From Parasitella parasitica NRRL 2501 (Eukaryota; Fungi; Mucoromycota): a stretch of 64,000 bases of DNA. Shown here in pieces: positions 51,202 to 64,000 of the stretch (position 1 is the stretch's first letter; each line of letters opens with the position of its first letter). The position numbers and the translations under genes are program-made. The stretch lies in contig MU619285.1 of NCBI GenBank assembly GCA_025201805.1, forward strand, positions 93,942-157,941, in the 5' to 3' direction. The notes beneath the pieces were generated by a model, which had not been told where the DNA came from, ran no database searches, and saw nothing but the letters and a program-made list of their open reading frames with translations.

Positions 51202-51702
51202 TTACTCATCATCCAAATATTGCACACATCCAAAAGCACTGCAATACAAACCATTGGCTCCAGTAAAGTCAATACAAGCGTTCAAAACTTCTGGGGAACA
51301 AGTTGAACCAGCTCCATTATTGCAAGCGGTTCCCATGGATGAAGTTGAGCAGATTATTGCGCCTTTTGCCTTGAATGCATCACATTTAAATTCAGTTTCC
51401 GTGCTACAAGCTCCAATTCTTGAAGCGGCCGACCGAACAGGGGTTGCTTTAGGCGGTGAAAAAGAATAAGAAGTTCCCTCGTTAGGGTTGTTTGGTAATA
51501 GGTTCCCTTCAGTGTCAATCTGAATGTTCAATGGTAACTTTGAATCTGTAGCAGCAAATGTAGGGATCTTTATCGGGGGCAATCCAATAGGGGGAACTTG
51601 ATCTGTGCCTGGATCAGCCACACTTTTTGATTCAAGCGTTGAAGGTTTGGTAGCCTCAATAGATAATGCAAATAAAAAGGGTATGCATATAGCTAGTTTC
51701 AT
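51202..51702 (-). CDS. Small secreted cysteine-rich protein
   Basis: Signal peptide MKLAICIPFLFALSIEA, a Pro-rich spacer and an 8-Cys C-terminal domain. Single exon. Confidence 0.75.
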   Translation of the reverse strand: MKLAICIPFLFALSIEATKPSTLESKSVADPGTDQVPPIGLPPIKIPTFAATDSKLPLNIQIDTEGNLLPNNPNEGTSYSFSPPKATPVRSAASRIGACSTETEFKCDAFKAKGAIICSTSSMGTACNNGAGSTCSPEVLNACIDFTGANGLYCSAFGCVQYLDDE

Positions 51703-51973
51703 TTAGGTTATAATAAGTATGAGTATCTTATTGGGGGTAAAGAGTGAAAAGCATAGATCCATTCAGTATTCATTTATATATTATACGATCGTGTTATTCT
51801 CGATGTACCATATACGTGTCGTATTTCAACTGATAAGGCATGTATTATATGCGTAGGAATGCTGTCCCTTTTAGTCACCAAATCGATTTATACTAAATTG
51901 GTATACTAATGTTAGCCACTGACAGTTTCATTATATTATATAAACTATTTAACAAGGATACTACTACAATATA

Positions 51974-53423
51974 TTAAGCTGGAGGTAAGAAACTAGAGAA
52001 TAGCACTATTCCAATCAACCCGTATATAGCAAAATAGCCAAGCACAATGTTGGCAATTAATCTGTTTTTCCCCTCACAGAGTCCCTTGATCCACAAATTC
52101 CCCACAAACCAATAGAATGGTGGTACTGACGTGAAAAATCGAATAATTACTTGAATGTGCATGGTGGTGGTTGCAAATAATAACAAAAAGGCCCATAAAT
52201 ACATAAACACAGCTAGCCTAGGGCTATAATAATTGTCTTTTTTGGTGTTTTGCTTGTCTCGCCTTACTCCCAGCGTCCAAAATGCGATCGAGTCATTTTG
52301 AATATAGGCCTTCAAACCAAATACACTAATAGCAATGATAGGCGCAGCAAGCACAAAATTGGGGATTTGCTTGATCTCGTAATAAGAAAGAAATCCATTA
52401 TCCCTATACAAATACTTTCAGTCTTTTTGAAAATCACAGTATGAATATCTTGTTTTACCAATATTCTTTTTGAACAAATGAATACACTAACGGCAATCTT
52501 TGCATACACCATGGTCTGTCCAAAGAGCAAAACTCTGAATAGACATAATATTGGAATAAAGCAAACCCACTTGCCGTAATACTTGCGTAAATCACTGATC
52601 GCAGTAATCCAGTAATGAAATTCTAGAGTATGCGTGTCAACAAGCTTTCAGTCATGCTTTGTTGATGTTTACCTGGCGATTAATTAAACGAATCCAAACC
52701 AAATCATAAAAGAAAAACCCAGAATAAACAATAGCGTTTGATCTAACAGCCGAAACGATGCCCCAAATCAATGCCGATTGAAGATATTTCTTTTGGGTGA
52801 CCCATCGCATACCTGTAAAGCTCATAAAAGCAAACAAAGACTCGGTGTAGAAAGAGGACATGAACATTGCAGGTGGAGATAAACAAAAAGCAATTGATGA
52901 TACATAAGCTAAATGTTTACTTTTTGGTAATGCAGCCAATGTCAATCTAAGAACACAACAAGTTAGCACTTTTAAAAAGTTGTGTTAATAAAGCGTCTCA
53001 CTTGTATAGTGCGCCTGCAGCTAGCACAAACGATACGTTGGCAATCATAATGCCTGAAAGAAGTAGTGTGTATCTGTTGCCTAGCAGGCTTTGAAGGGGC
53101 AGGAAGACTGGTGGGCAGTTTTGTTAGATACTACAAACCAATCTCGTTTTCGAAATTTTACCTGTATTTGCTGCTAGTCTAGCCAACAGTGGCATCACAG
53201 GAAAGAAAGCGGTCTCTTGTTCCAGTACATATCCCTTTTCTGCAATATGTAAAAAATAAAGTGCGTCCCAACGTAAAAACACGTTCAGCAAATTTTTTGT
53301 AGCTGTATCCAGCTGTATTTCGCCTGAGGAATCGTAACTTCCAGTAAAAAAGTATGTAGCTATTGCCAGAGTTATCGTGATCACACGAGAGGCTATCGCA
53401 ATAGAATATACCTGCTTTAACAT
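51974..53423 (-). CDS. GPI18: GPI mannosyltransferase 2 (PIG-V/Gpi18), multi-exon
   Basis: 'LRWDALYFLHIAEKGY..EQETAFFP', 'FYTESLFA', 'VRSNA', 'GFLSYY..KQIPNF.LAAP', 'MHIQVIIRF' and C-terminal 'FLPPA'. Confidence 0.93.
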
Positions 53424-53716
53424 ATCAGGAAGAAAGATTACCTGGACTTTTTTTGAGTAAACGGATAATGAATTTAATATGGTTTTTTAGGCTCAATGAT
53501 GCCTCTTGTAAAAAAGTTGTCAACAGTAAACATTAAAAATCCTAGTAAACTATAGGCGTTTTGGCAAAAGATATACCTCCTTTGCTTTTATTTGACCTCT
53601 CCTGCATTACCTATTACAAATTAAAACTTGCTCGTCTGAGGATTATCATCTATTTGGGACACAAGATCTGCACTGCAAGTAATTGTTTTTAGTGTTGCTT
53701 TAAAAACCTCAATATA

Positions 53717-53725
53717 ATCTGATAA
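53717..53725 (+). promoter_or_regulatory. ATCTGATAA extended GATA site upstream of the Ctr gene
   Basis: Exact match to the ATCWGATAA consensus of fungal iron-responsive GATA repressors (SreA/Fep1), about 70 bp upstream of the ATG. Confidence 0.35.
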
Positions 53726-53791
53726 GCGCTTTCTATTTTATTTCTTCTTCTTTTTCTCTTTTTATCTAAATCATCAAATAATATTATCAGA

Positions 53792-54549
53792 ATGGAAGGG
53801 CATCAAGGACATCAGGGACATGAAGGGCACACGATGCCCGCTGGCCACGATATGGCAGGCATGTCAATACACGAGGGTCACACAATGCTAGATGTCCCTA
53901 TTAATCAGAATATACCAGCAAGCTGTTCAATGAATGTAAGGCTTTAAAAGCAAAAAACGGCTATCATATAAAAGCTGATTGTGATGCGTTAGATGCTTTT
54001 CAACTGGCAAATAAACGATGTCTGCGTAGTGTTTGAAAGCTGGCACATTCACAATGCTGTGGAAATGTTGATATCATGCATCGTTGTATTTTGTATTGCG
54101 GCAGGATACGAATATCTACGTGTCTGGAGTAACTCTCTACAAGATCAATGGTCTCATGCAGATAAAAAGAAAATATCAGATCAACAAACATTTGTTGGTG
54201 GCCATTCAGAAGAAGAATACCAGCCAGCGAATACAAGTGCGACAGATTCAACAGGCTTTTTAAGAAAGGACGTGATATTAACTAGGTAAATAGGCAGATA
54301 CATATCGTGATTACAGTGCTTTTTGTTTGTGGGAAATAACACATTTTAACCATTAGACGCTCAAGTAAGCACCAAGTGCTACAATCCATTATATATACAC
54401 TGCTTGTAGCAATTAGTTTTTGGCTGATGCTTGTATTTATGACTTACAATGGATATTTGATGATTGCAACAATATTTGGAGCAGGCTTTGGGCATCTGAT
54501 ATTTGGAAATGGGAAGCTAAAGGCAAGTCGTGATATACAGTGTCATTAA
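53792..54549 (+). CDS. Ctr family copper transporter (3 exons)
   Basis: His/Met-rich N-terminus (MEGHQGHQGHEGHTM…), 'CSMN|MLFNW', MxxxM motif 'LMLVFMTYNGY', GxxxG and C-terminal 'CH'. Confidence 0.92.
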
Positions 54550-56820
54550 ACTGAATCGGTGGTGTTCTCCTTGCGTTCTCCTCCCCCCCCCCCTTTTTTT
54601 TTCTCTCCTTTTTATATACTACTTGTAGCGATTTGTGCTTTTGACATACAGTTTTAAAAAATACATTTCTTTTAACCTATTGACCCAAGTTCAAAACGAT
54701 GAAATTAAAACTATTCTGAGCGTGAAAGTGTTGATCAATATCATCAAGATGACAGGCAATATGCCAATACTAATACATTCAAATGGGATATTTATCACAA
54801 TAACAGGAGATGCGAAGTATGGATTACTACCAAAATTCTATATTAGTGTATCTTCGCAAGCGCAGAAATAACAAAACATGGCCGATTTATGTAGTTAATA
54901 TGAGATGTTGTCAGCTGCAAATCTCACCTAGATATCTTTAAATTAGCACAGTAATAATATCAGTTGAAACTTGAATTTATTTAATGTAACATCAAATTAG
55001 ACTTTTCGTAAATTTAATGGGTATCTGGATATTATGGTACTTGAAAATGAAGTTATCCTGTTTATCGAAATGACCATAAAAGAAGATAACCCTTATGATC
55101 TCGAGAAAAAGATGGATCATGTCCTCTTTATATAATGCTTCCACTTGTGTTGGTTGCATAAAATCAACAGATACACTATAGCGCAGCTAAATACATTGGC
55201 ATAAATTTATGTGATGGTATGGTCTTTTAAACAATCCCCTATCATCGTGAAATTTCAAGATTCAATTCTACCGCATTGTTATATCCCGGAGTTTGCAAAT
55301 GAAGGACTGCCAGATGCCTGGTGTTTATGATGATTATGGATGATAGAACCAACAAACGGTAGTCAGTCGGTTTTTATCATCAGCAAGTATTACTCGAACT
55401 TGACTTTACTGCTTTTCGCAACATAAGCATAAATAATGTTCTTTTTAAATAACATGCCTAATCCTGTGCCTGGGTCTGACCTGGATCGCTTTGCCAAATC
55501 ACGCATGAATTAGAGTTGAAAGTGCGCATATCTCATCATTCAGGCTTCCCCTGACGTTGAGAATGATATCAAACGTATTCTCTAACTCGTGCAATACTTT
55601 CTGTATTAATTTTGTATAAATTTCAAATCTTTGATTTTATCGTGATTTTTCATGAGTATCCCCCCATGAAAAAATCTTATTTTGATAAAATCGACAAAAG
55701 CACCCCAAAAATGGAAATTTTTATTATAGTAAATATTGTTACCAACTAATTCTGAAATCCTAATGCACCCTTTCAAAAAGTTTATTTACGTTTTTTTTAC
55801 TAGACTTTTTGCATTTTCCTCAAAAAACGGCTTTTTCTGATAATCCATTTTTCTCAAAAACTAAAGTAGCAACACGATATAACTCTTGCAGTATTAGATA
55901 GGCCTTCACAAAACCTACCATTCTTAATTAGTTTACGTCCTACATTTAATTAATATTTTCAGAAGCTAATCCTGAAAAAACGTTAAATGATTCTCAAAAT
56001 TGACCTCGCTAATCGTTTTGAAGGCATTATGGCCAGAATCGTAATTTAACTCCGATGAGGGCCTTTTTTGATTATTTTGACATATATCTTGCAAATAGAT
56101 ACGAAACTACCCATCATAGAACATTGCTATATAACATAAAATAGAATGGAAGCATTTTTCTACTTTATTGTATTCAGTTTGCAATCGGATAACCCATTTA
56201 AGAAAATATCAAACGTAGCAATTGAACTGACGATTTGCAAATACATATTAGCATTTTTATGTAATTTATAAATATGTTTTATGGATATTTATTGTATTAT
56301 TTTTTGTCGCTGGGTGGTGCTATTTTGCTTGCTATTGTTTGCAATTTACAACACTAGGAGCGGTAGCAGTAGACATGTAGTAATGAAAATACTGATGTTT
56401 ACACAAAAAAGTCATGTATGGATACAGCGTACAAATGGTGGTATCGTTAGCAACTGTATTTATTCGATTCAAGTATCTCACTAGATGTGTTGACACACAT
56501 GTGCTCGCTAATTTAACCTTTAGGTAATCGAATTGATCGACCATTCTTTGCACTGAATTACGGTTCAAGTGAGTCCCCTTTTCCCCTTCATATGATGGAT
56601 TTTCATCAAGGTACGGTACGTCTGATATTTTTACAACGTTGTTACACGACATGCTTTATATCTGTTTTATTGGATGATGGCTATAACGCTCTATATGTTA
56701 TTTTTTTTTCTATTCTCCTTGATTTCCCTATACAAGACGCTTTTTTTCCATATTTAAAGCGATTTTACCCAGTTCTGTTTCTTCATTTTTCATCTCTTTC
56801 ATCTATTCATTTTAACTACC

Positions 56821-59102
56821 ATGGCTACAGTTATTGATTTCTGCACACCTGCTGTACCAGGAGAGGTCCACAAATACTATGGTTATTCACACAACAAATT
56901 CTTGAAATTACCGCACATCAGCCCTGTCCAAATTGTAGCCGCATCTGCTGCAAAACGTAATCCAAACAAATCCAAAGAGCACAAGACATTGAGATCAGTC
57001 GCATTGTCAGGCAATTTAGCATTGCTGAGGCAATTCCTTCAGATGGTGCCTGATCAAATGCAAGCGGTCAATGATCCTCATCCAGCCACTGGGCTAACTT
57101 GTTTGCATTTCGCTGCTTCGAGAGGCCATTTAAAAATAATCCAATGCCTCGTGGAAGAGTATGCCGTCCGAGTAGATTCCACGGATAAAGAAGGCGAGGT
57201 AATACGCGTGTCCTTGGATATGCACACACGTAATTAACCGATATTGGTTTAGACTGCCTTGCTGAAGGCTGCTTACAACGGCCACTATCACGTTGTGGAG
57301 TATCTTTTGGATAGCAAAGCCAATATACACCACAAGGACAAGGATGGCTGGACTGCTCTGCATAATGCCTGTTCGAGAGGCCATTTTAGAATCGTAAGGC
57401 TACTCGCCAATGGAAAAGCCAAAGTAGATGTAAGAAGCAAGATGGGGCACACTCCGCTGAGTAAGTTTTGGAATTAGGCACACAACGCACATGTTGCTTG
57501 GTTGTATATACATATACATGCAAAAAAACTCACTAATTGGAAATAGTCAACGCTGCATCCAAGGGTTACATGTCTATAGTCGAGTACCTGCTGGATGAAG
57601 CCCATGCAAACCCGTTAATAAAAAATAACTTTGGTGAAGCTGCCTATGATGTGAGTGCAGCAGCTGGGGAGTCTTATATCTGCGAAATGTTGGAGAAGGC
57701 TGGCAGAAGATGGTGGCACCACCAGCACACCGAAGGTAAGAAAGGTGGATGTTCAATCGATCAATGCGTAGATTTTAAAATACGCTTCTTAGGTGTACTC
57801 AACCCAGGCAACAAACGTGCTTCCAAGTTTGGTGCTACGTACGATCTACTAGAATTCCATGTCACTGTCATTGTCATTTTGCACGAAAACCAACGAGCTA
57901 CATCACTGCTGGGTCTTTCCAGACCGCAATTCAGCGAAAACTACCTAATGAAGACAGATGCAAGAGGACCTTGGTCTCTTCACCCCTCAGGCACGCCATC
58001 TTCTAAAGAAATGGTGAATTTGCCTGCAACATCCACCAACAACCATCGTATCAGCAACCTATCCAACTGGTTTTGGCTTACAGACTGGCAGCTTGATTAT
58101 AGTAATCCTCGCGTAGATCCAACCTCGGGCTGGCAATATTCGAAATCATTCAATGATGACGATGATGCATGGACGCCTGTAGCACCAACAAGCGGTTACA
58201 GTTGGGTGAGACGCAGAAGATGGGTGCGTGTCATGAAGAGAAGAATGGATTTAACCAAGGGAAGCCATCGCGGCGATAGTCTCGCCATTGCGAATATAGA
58301 AGAGGAAGACGAGGACGAGGGCAGCCAAGATCAGCAAGGCCAAGAAGACTATCTCCTACAAGTTGAGGCTATCATCAACCAAACAATAAAACTGGGAGAT
58401 GCTACTGATAACGGTGACACTGTTCAGACTAAAAAACATAACTTGGAAAAGTACAAGCAGGCAATCGACCTTCTGAACACATCAATCCAAGGTGAATTTT
58501 TATTAAAAAAAAACCCCGCCCCCTTCCATTTATTATGAATTTTAATTGTTCTTCTGCAAGTAGACGATGGCAATGAATTCAGAAAACACCAAGCTTTGAC
58601 ATTGATCAAATCGTACACAGCACAAGTCGATAAACTAGCATATCAGATTGAGCATCAAGACACTGAGGAGTCTGCTGCTGTACAACCGCAATCAGTAGAT
58701 GAGCCGACCAACGTTAATCATCTAAATCAGCATGACGAAACCAGTAATCCTTGGTCCAACAACCTTACTCAGGAATTCTGGCCACCACAAAATATGAATA
58801 CAGTTGACCTATTTACACCAGAATCTACAACAGAACGAGAGCTGGCCTGGGAATCAGATTTGGATGCACACTCATGTAGAGTCTGCGATAGAAAGTTTGG
58901 CTTGCTATTTTCAAGACGGCATCATTGCCGAAAATGTGGCCTGGTTGTGTGTGACAAATGCTCACCTTGGAAGGTGTTTTTAAACGCTTCTGATATACTG
59001 CAAGACCCTGAAGGTGCGTTGGAGTCAGCTAGTGTTTTAGCATCACAACAACAAAGAGTATGCGACAAGTGCTATGATCATCACCAACAACAGCAGCAGT
59101 GA
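56821..59102 (+). CDS. Ankyrin repeat + DysF (peroxin/dysferlin) + MIT-like + FYVE domain protein (multi-exon)
   Basis: Ankyrin repeats 'GLTCLHFAA', 'GWTALHNAC', 'GHTPL'. DysF 'WFWLTDWQLD…GWQY…WVRRRRWVR'. FYVE 'WESD…C..C…RRHHCRKCG…RVC'. Confidence 0.85.
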
Positions 59103-59239
59103 TGTACAATTTACAATACCCCTTCCTCTTTGGACACTAATAATACCACAACTATGAATTCCTGAAATAGATTCATCTAGCCAATCAAGCGTTTCCTAGA
59201 GTGCTCAAACTTTTAAAACCTGAATTTATTAAACACAGC

Positions 59240-59690
59240 ATAATGCGTGCCCTGACAGTATTCTTGAGAGCTGTAAAAAAGTAGGTCATGGGTGCATGTT
59301 AACTGAAGAACATCAAACGGCTGCGATCAATTTCATTGATGCCAATTTCTCTGCTACTGTTGTTGAAGTGGCCGATCATTTAATGAAGCGATTTCATGAT
59401 TTTAAAATGCCACGCAGCATTGTTAATAACTTTATGAGATGTAAATGCAACCTTTGAGAAAAGCAGATTTTCATTCTATTGAGAGAAACAGCCCGGCAAA
59501 GATTGACGAAAGGAATGGGTTTGTATATGGGAAAATACAGACATGAACTTTCTGACGAATTGCGTATTTCTTGACGAGTCTGCTTTTGATATCAATTTGA
59601 AACGGTTAAGAGCTTGGGCTTGAAAAGGTACACGTGCTATTGATTTGAATAATGCACCCATTTACTTGCATGAAAACGTAAAGAAGTATG
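59240..59690 (+). pseudogene. Degenerate Tc1/mariner (IS630-like) transposase remnant
   Basis: Frameshifted fragments 'IDANFSATVVEVADHLMKRF…NFMRCKCNL' and 'WENTDMNFLTNCVFLDESAFDINLKRLRAWA*KGTRAI'. Confidence 0.8.
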
Positions 59691-61372
59691 TTGAGTATCG
59701 AGAAGAATCTGTTTACATACAAGACTTATCGTAGGACACTATCTACCAGCCTAACTTTACAACCAAACAATACTGTGGTCAGTGATAAAATCAGCTATTT
59801 CAGCAATAACAGTAACAAGCGACAATAGCGACAGTAGCGACTCAAAGTCTATTATCGATCACCAAGTCAATGTTTTTAATAATGCTGAAAAAACAGTCTT
59901 TGACATCTCTTTTACAGCATGATAGACATCCAAGTTATATCAATAATATGCTATAAGACTTGTTGCCAGATCAAGGATCTAAAGTCAATGAGCTTGGATA
60001 AAACAGGGTTTTACACCGCATGCTTTATATAGTAAACCTTAGTTACAATCGTACATTTGCATATTTTTAAATTATGAAAAATGTTTCTGTTTATTTCATA
60101 CAAAAAATAAAATAAAAAAATAAGCGTAACTTGCTCGGAATACGATGCCCATCACGAGATAATTAAATCAGCTAAAACACAAACATCACTATCGTCTCTG
60201 CCTCAGCCCTTCACACACTACCCCAGTATCGAAGTTAAAATAACCCAAAATGACAACAACTGCAAGCTTACATTTAGGATCCAAGACAATGAACGCACTC
60301 ATCACATCATCTGTTCGCATTGATGTTGTCTCAGACCCTCCGTTCCAGACATCGCTTCCAGCGATTCAGTTCCTTTTGTTCAAATGCAAAAAGTTGAAGG
60401 CTGTATGATATTTGTTAAATGGTAAATGCGTATGCACATGAAAACATGCCATATAGTGGTGAGTGAGCGTTGTGTTTTCCAAGCTGGATTTCGATTTCAC
60501 AGACATTTTAGCAGAAGTTATGAGCAAAAGTCTGATATTGACTCTGGCTAGTGGGATGGCGCTATGTAAGGCAAGCGAATATATCCTTTGTATGTAGACA
60601 TCAAAAGAGAGATTGCATAGAATGTGAAACTGTACAGAGTAGTAGAGGTAATATAAGCGAGTACTGCCAGAAGTTTGGCGGTAAATGGACTTGATTCACT
60701 AAAGGCATGCAATGTATGTTTGATTATCGTGTCTGTCCCGTCAATTGGTTCCAAAGTAAAAGATGATTGAGAGCTATTTCAATATGAAGAACGATCATTT
60801 CCAAAGACAAATGAAAAAAGAGACTACAAGCGATTATATCACGGAGAACTTGGGGTCTTTATTGATGACTGAAAAAGGAAGCCAGGATTGCTCTGGTCCT
60901 GGTTTTCTAAAAATCTTTTAAAAGGTACAATTCCATTTGAATGTCAATGTCAATGTTGAAATTGAGATGAGATTCAGCCCCCATTTAATAGGCAAAAATC
61001 GACAGTGATTATGTGTTTTTTTTTTTCGATATATATTAACCATAATAATCTTTCACCCAAATTTCATCAAGTCAAAAAGGATAAATTGATAATCGAGTTG
61101 GCAGTAAGGCTATTTACCACAAACAAATTATTTTTGGCTGAAATAAAAATAGTGTCGTGAATCCAACAAAAAGTTTGATTGGATGGAAACTGTGATAACA
61201 CCTTGTTTTAGTAAAACCATTGAAAACATCGTTGCCAACAATTTACAAATCAAGACATTATTATTATTACATGATTATTTCATTGTGTGCAGTGTATTTA
61301 TATAAAACATCATTAAATAAACTCAAGTTTTTCCTTTCATCTCTTACCTTTCCTTCTAATACAGCATTAATC

Positions 61373-64000
61373 ATGTTACAATCTATACCAAGGAATCACC
61401 AAGAAGGTACAAAAACACACACATATATATATAAAAGAAAAAAGTGTAAGATGCGTATTTAAACTAACAAACTCACAGCATCAGGTGCTCTGGTAACCAG
61501 TAAGAAAAAAAAGCCTTTGCCACAGATTCCAAACAGATCACATCAAGATCAAAATCACCAGAGTTCCACATCTATTGTGCCTGGGCCATCATGGACGACG
61601 ACTGCTGGGCTAGTTGACTCTAGTCAAGTAATGTACCATGACTTGATACAAGACCACACACCTCAATCAGCCATAAATTACCAGTATTACCAGCCAGCAC
61701 AGTACTCATACTACTATGATAATAACTATTATAATCAACCGCCATACCAATGCAATGGTATTGACTCGAATCAAGAATGGAAAACATCATTCAAGGGACT
61801 CGAGCCCACTGTTAATAGATCTGATAGCCTCAAAATAGAATCAACCGCTGTGCCTAAACCTTTTCTCAAGAACAGCAAATTACCTTTAGAACCTCATTTC
61901 GAGAAACCCCACGAGCAGACTGCCGAACCTCAGCAAGTCAGCGATAATAATACCTTTTTGCATAGAAAAATATCAAAAGAGCAAGTCTATTCAGTCAATG
62001 CGGCTGCCCCAACCTCTCTTTTGTTGCAAAAATTGAATGAATTTTCAAATCGCACAGCCAATCTTGACAATAGCAAAGACGCTTTTTTTTCTTCTTTTCA
62101 AGACACTCAACACCAAAGCCCCTATGCAGCGAGTGCTACAAGCGGCAGTAGCAGCAGTATTAGTAGCAGCAATAGCGACAATAGTGAATCAAACACTCCT
62201 GATTCTCTATCTGCGTCTTCCTACCAACCACCATCCACATTTGCCAGAGCTTCTACAACGTATAGCAGCCTGAAACCGGAAACAGTGCGACTCCAAAGAC
62301 ATTCAACTTCAATGCCCTTGTTAATAGCTCAAAATAAATCTGGCAAGCAACGACAAACGGGAAGAGAAGAAGGAAAAGGAGAAGAAGAAGAAGAAGGGGA
62401 GGACGCATCGTACTCATTCTCTGCGGCTGAGAGATACTTTGATCAGCCTGCCAGTGCTTCCACAATATCTACTGCCAGAATTCCTTCGCCGTGGGGCACA
62501 TCTAGCTCCAAATGCGCCTTCTCAGTAGTAAGTGATGGCTTCAACAAGGATGCTGTAAGTCGCATCTCTACGGGCTCTGTTCCCAACTTGGCCATCTATA
62601 CTGCTCAGGTGCCTGACGAGATCTCTCTGGAGTCATCTATTGCCAACGAATGTCCTGAAACCAACACGGGCAAGCCCAAGCAGCAGCTCCAAACTAGCAG
62701 CAATCTCGTGGTGCCTGCTGCATTTGGTGATTCCAATATACAAGAACTTTTCCAAAGCCCTGCTTCCGGCAAGTATTCTTTCAGCATCGCTTCTTGCAGC
62801 TTGGTCACCATCAGATCCAACATAAAACTCTATCGTCGCATGGCCATCAAGACCGGCAACCGCGAGACGCAGCTCTCCTATGCCAAATATTTGCTTCAAA
62901 TATCAAAGCTGTACGACAAACAAAGTACCAGTAGAATCACACCCGTTTCTATGGCAAGCAATGACGCCAACTTGACAACAAGCAGCAAGAAATGTTTGCA
63001 AGAAACACCGGCCCAAACCAGACATCGACTTTTATCCGAGGCGGGCTACTGGATCGAGCGATTAGCAAAGGCTGGAAATCCCGAAGCCCTGTTTATCCAA
63101 GGTCGCTGGTATCTACTGGGTCCTCAGGCTGAAGATTGTGTTTTGAAGGATTACGAAAGAGTGCAGGAAGCCAAGGCATTTCGTTGTTTTGTCAGGGCAT
63201 CCAAGAGCGGCTGGACCGAAGCACATTATGAGCTGGCTCATCTATGGAAGAAGCGAGGAAACTTTACAAAGGCAATCCAGTGCTATGAAAAGGGGGCGCT
63301 TGAACAGCACACCCTGTCTATTTATGTAGGTTTTCTCTCCAAATGCACCAAGCACATAACTAACGCTCTTCTATTTTTGCAACTATAGAAAATGGCAAAG
63401 ATCTTACTGCGTGGCCAATTAAAGAGAAAAAAGGACCTGATCAGAGGCATGGAATATCTGAAGCAAGCAGCTGACATGAATGATTCTGCTTGTGCAGAGC
63501 CTGCTTTTGTTCTCGGATGTATCTACGCAAACGAATTTGAGCGTATTGGGATTCAAAGGTAAATTTATTCAAAAAGTGCTGATTCTGGAAGACCCGCTCA
63601 CACTCGAGCTTAAATCTTAGATACGTCGATGAAGCAACCAAAACGCCCAACGCCCAAGAAACAGCAAACAACAGCCTGGCGCTCGAATATCTCAAGAAAT
63701 CGGCTCATCACGGATACCCTGACGCTATTTATTTCATGGGTCAAGTGTCCGAAAAAGGCATGCTTGGACAACTCCACGATGCATGGCAGGCCTATCAGCA
63801 CTACATGAGGGCTGCAGAGGTCGATCACGCGGGTGCCATGCTGGATCTCTCTCGCATATACTGTCAAGGTATCTCGGGCTTATTGGCTATTCAGAAAGAC
63901 ATTGCGTTCAAGTGGTGCAGACGCTCAGCTGATCTTGGCTTTGATCAAGCCGAGTATGTGTTAGGGTAAGGACATATTTGTGTGTTTGTTTACATGTATT
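61373..64000 (+). CDS. SEL1-repeat protein, Skt5/Chs4 (chitin synthase activator)-like; 3' end outside window
   Basis: Long low-complexity N-terminus, 'IKLYRRMAIKTGNRETQLSYAKYL' and multiple SEL1 repeats ('WIERLAKAGNPEALF', 'AFKWCRRSADLGFDQAEYVLG'). Short first exon 61373-61406. Confidence 0.82.

Noticed and set aside
54600-56700. Possible TE remnant and 106-aa ORF at 56332-56652
   Set aside because: No terminal repeats or protein motifs that I can support. The putative splice leads straight to a stop.

Overview
Eukaryotic, intron-rich fungal genomic DNA (short GT-AG introns, AT-rich intergenic DNA, two assembly gaps). Gene content and style point to Mucoromycota (Mucorales-like); this is inferred, not proven. 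There are about 22 protein-coding genes: SZT2 (5'-truncated), a PPR protein, Twinkle helicase, RPC3/RPC82, CENP-W, an SR/K-rich protein, DLT1, a JmjC-ZZ protein, a TBC Rab-GAP, CSNAP/COPS9, a bacterial-type glycyl-tRNA synthetase, SOM1, a GPI-anchored protein, SMG8, a PQ-loop transporter, an atypical P5 ATPase, a stand-alone WWE protein, a small secreted Cys-rich protein, GPI18, a Ctr copper transporter, an Ank-DysF-FYVE protein and a SEL1-repeat Skt5/Chs4-like protein (3'-truncated). CENP-W and SOM1 are absent from the ORF track, and CSNAP appears there only as an unspliced fragment. An accessory island at 13.7-19.7 kb holds an intact DD34E Tc1/mariner element inserted in a PD-(D/E)xK-like pseudogene, a dead transposase and a GT49 pseudogene. 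A non-coding TA-flanked element with 385-bp near-perfect inverted arms lies at 23.7-25.1 kb. The most striking signal is the intronless Thermus-type GlyRS, which keeps its catalytic motifs but also shares segments with animal POLG2. With the animal-like Twinkle, it is a candidate 'proto-POLG2' and suggests an animal-type mitochondrial replisome in an early-diverging fungus. All homology calls come from motif recognition from memory, not database searches.
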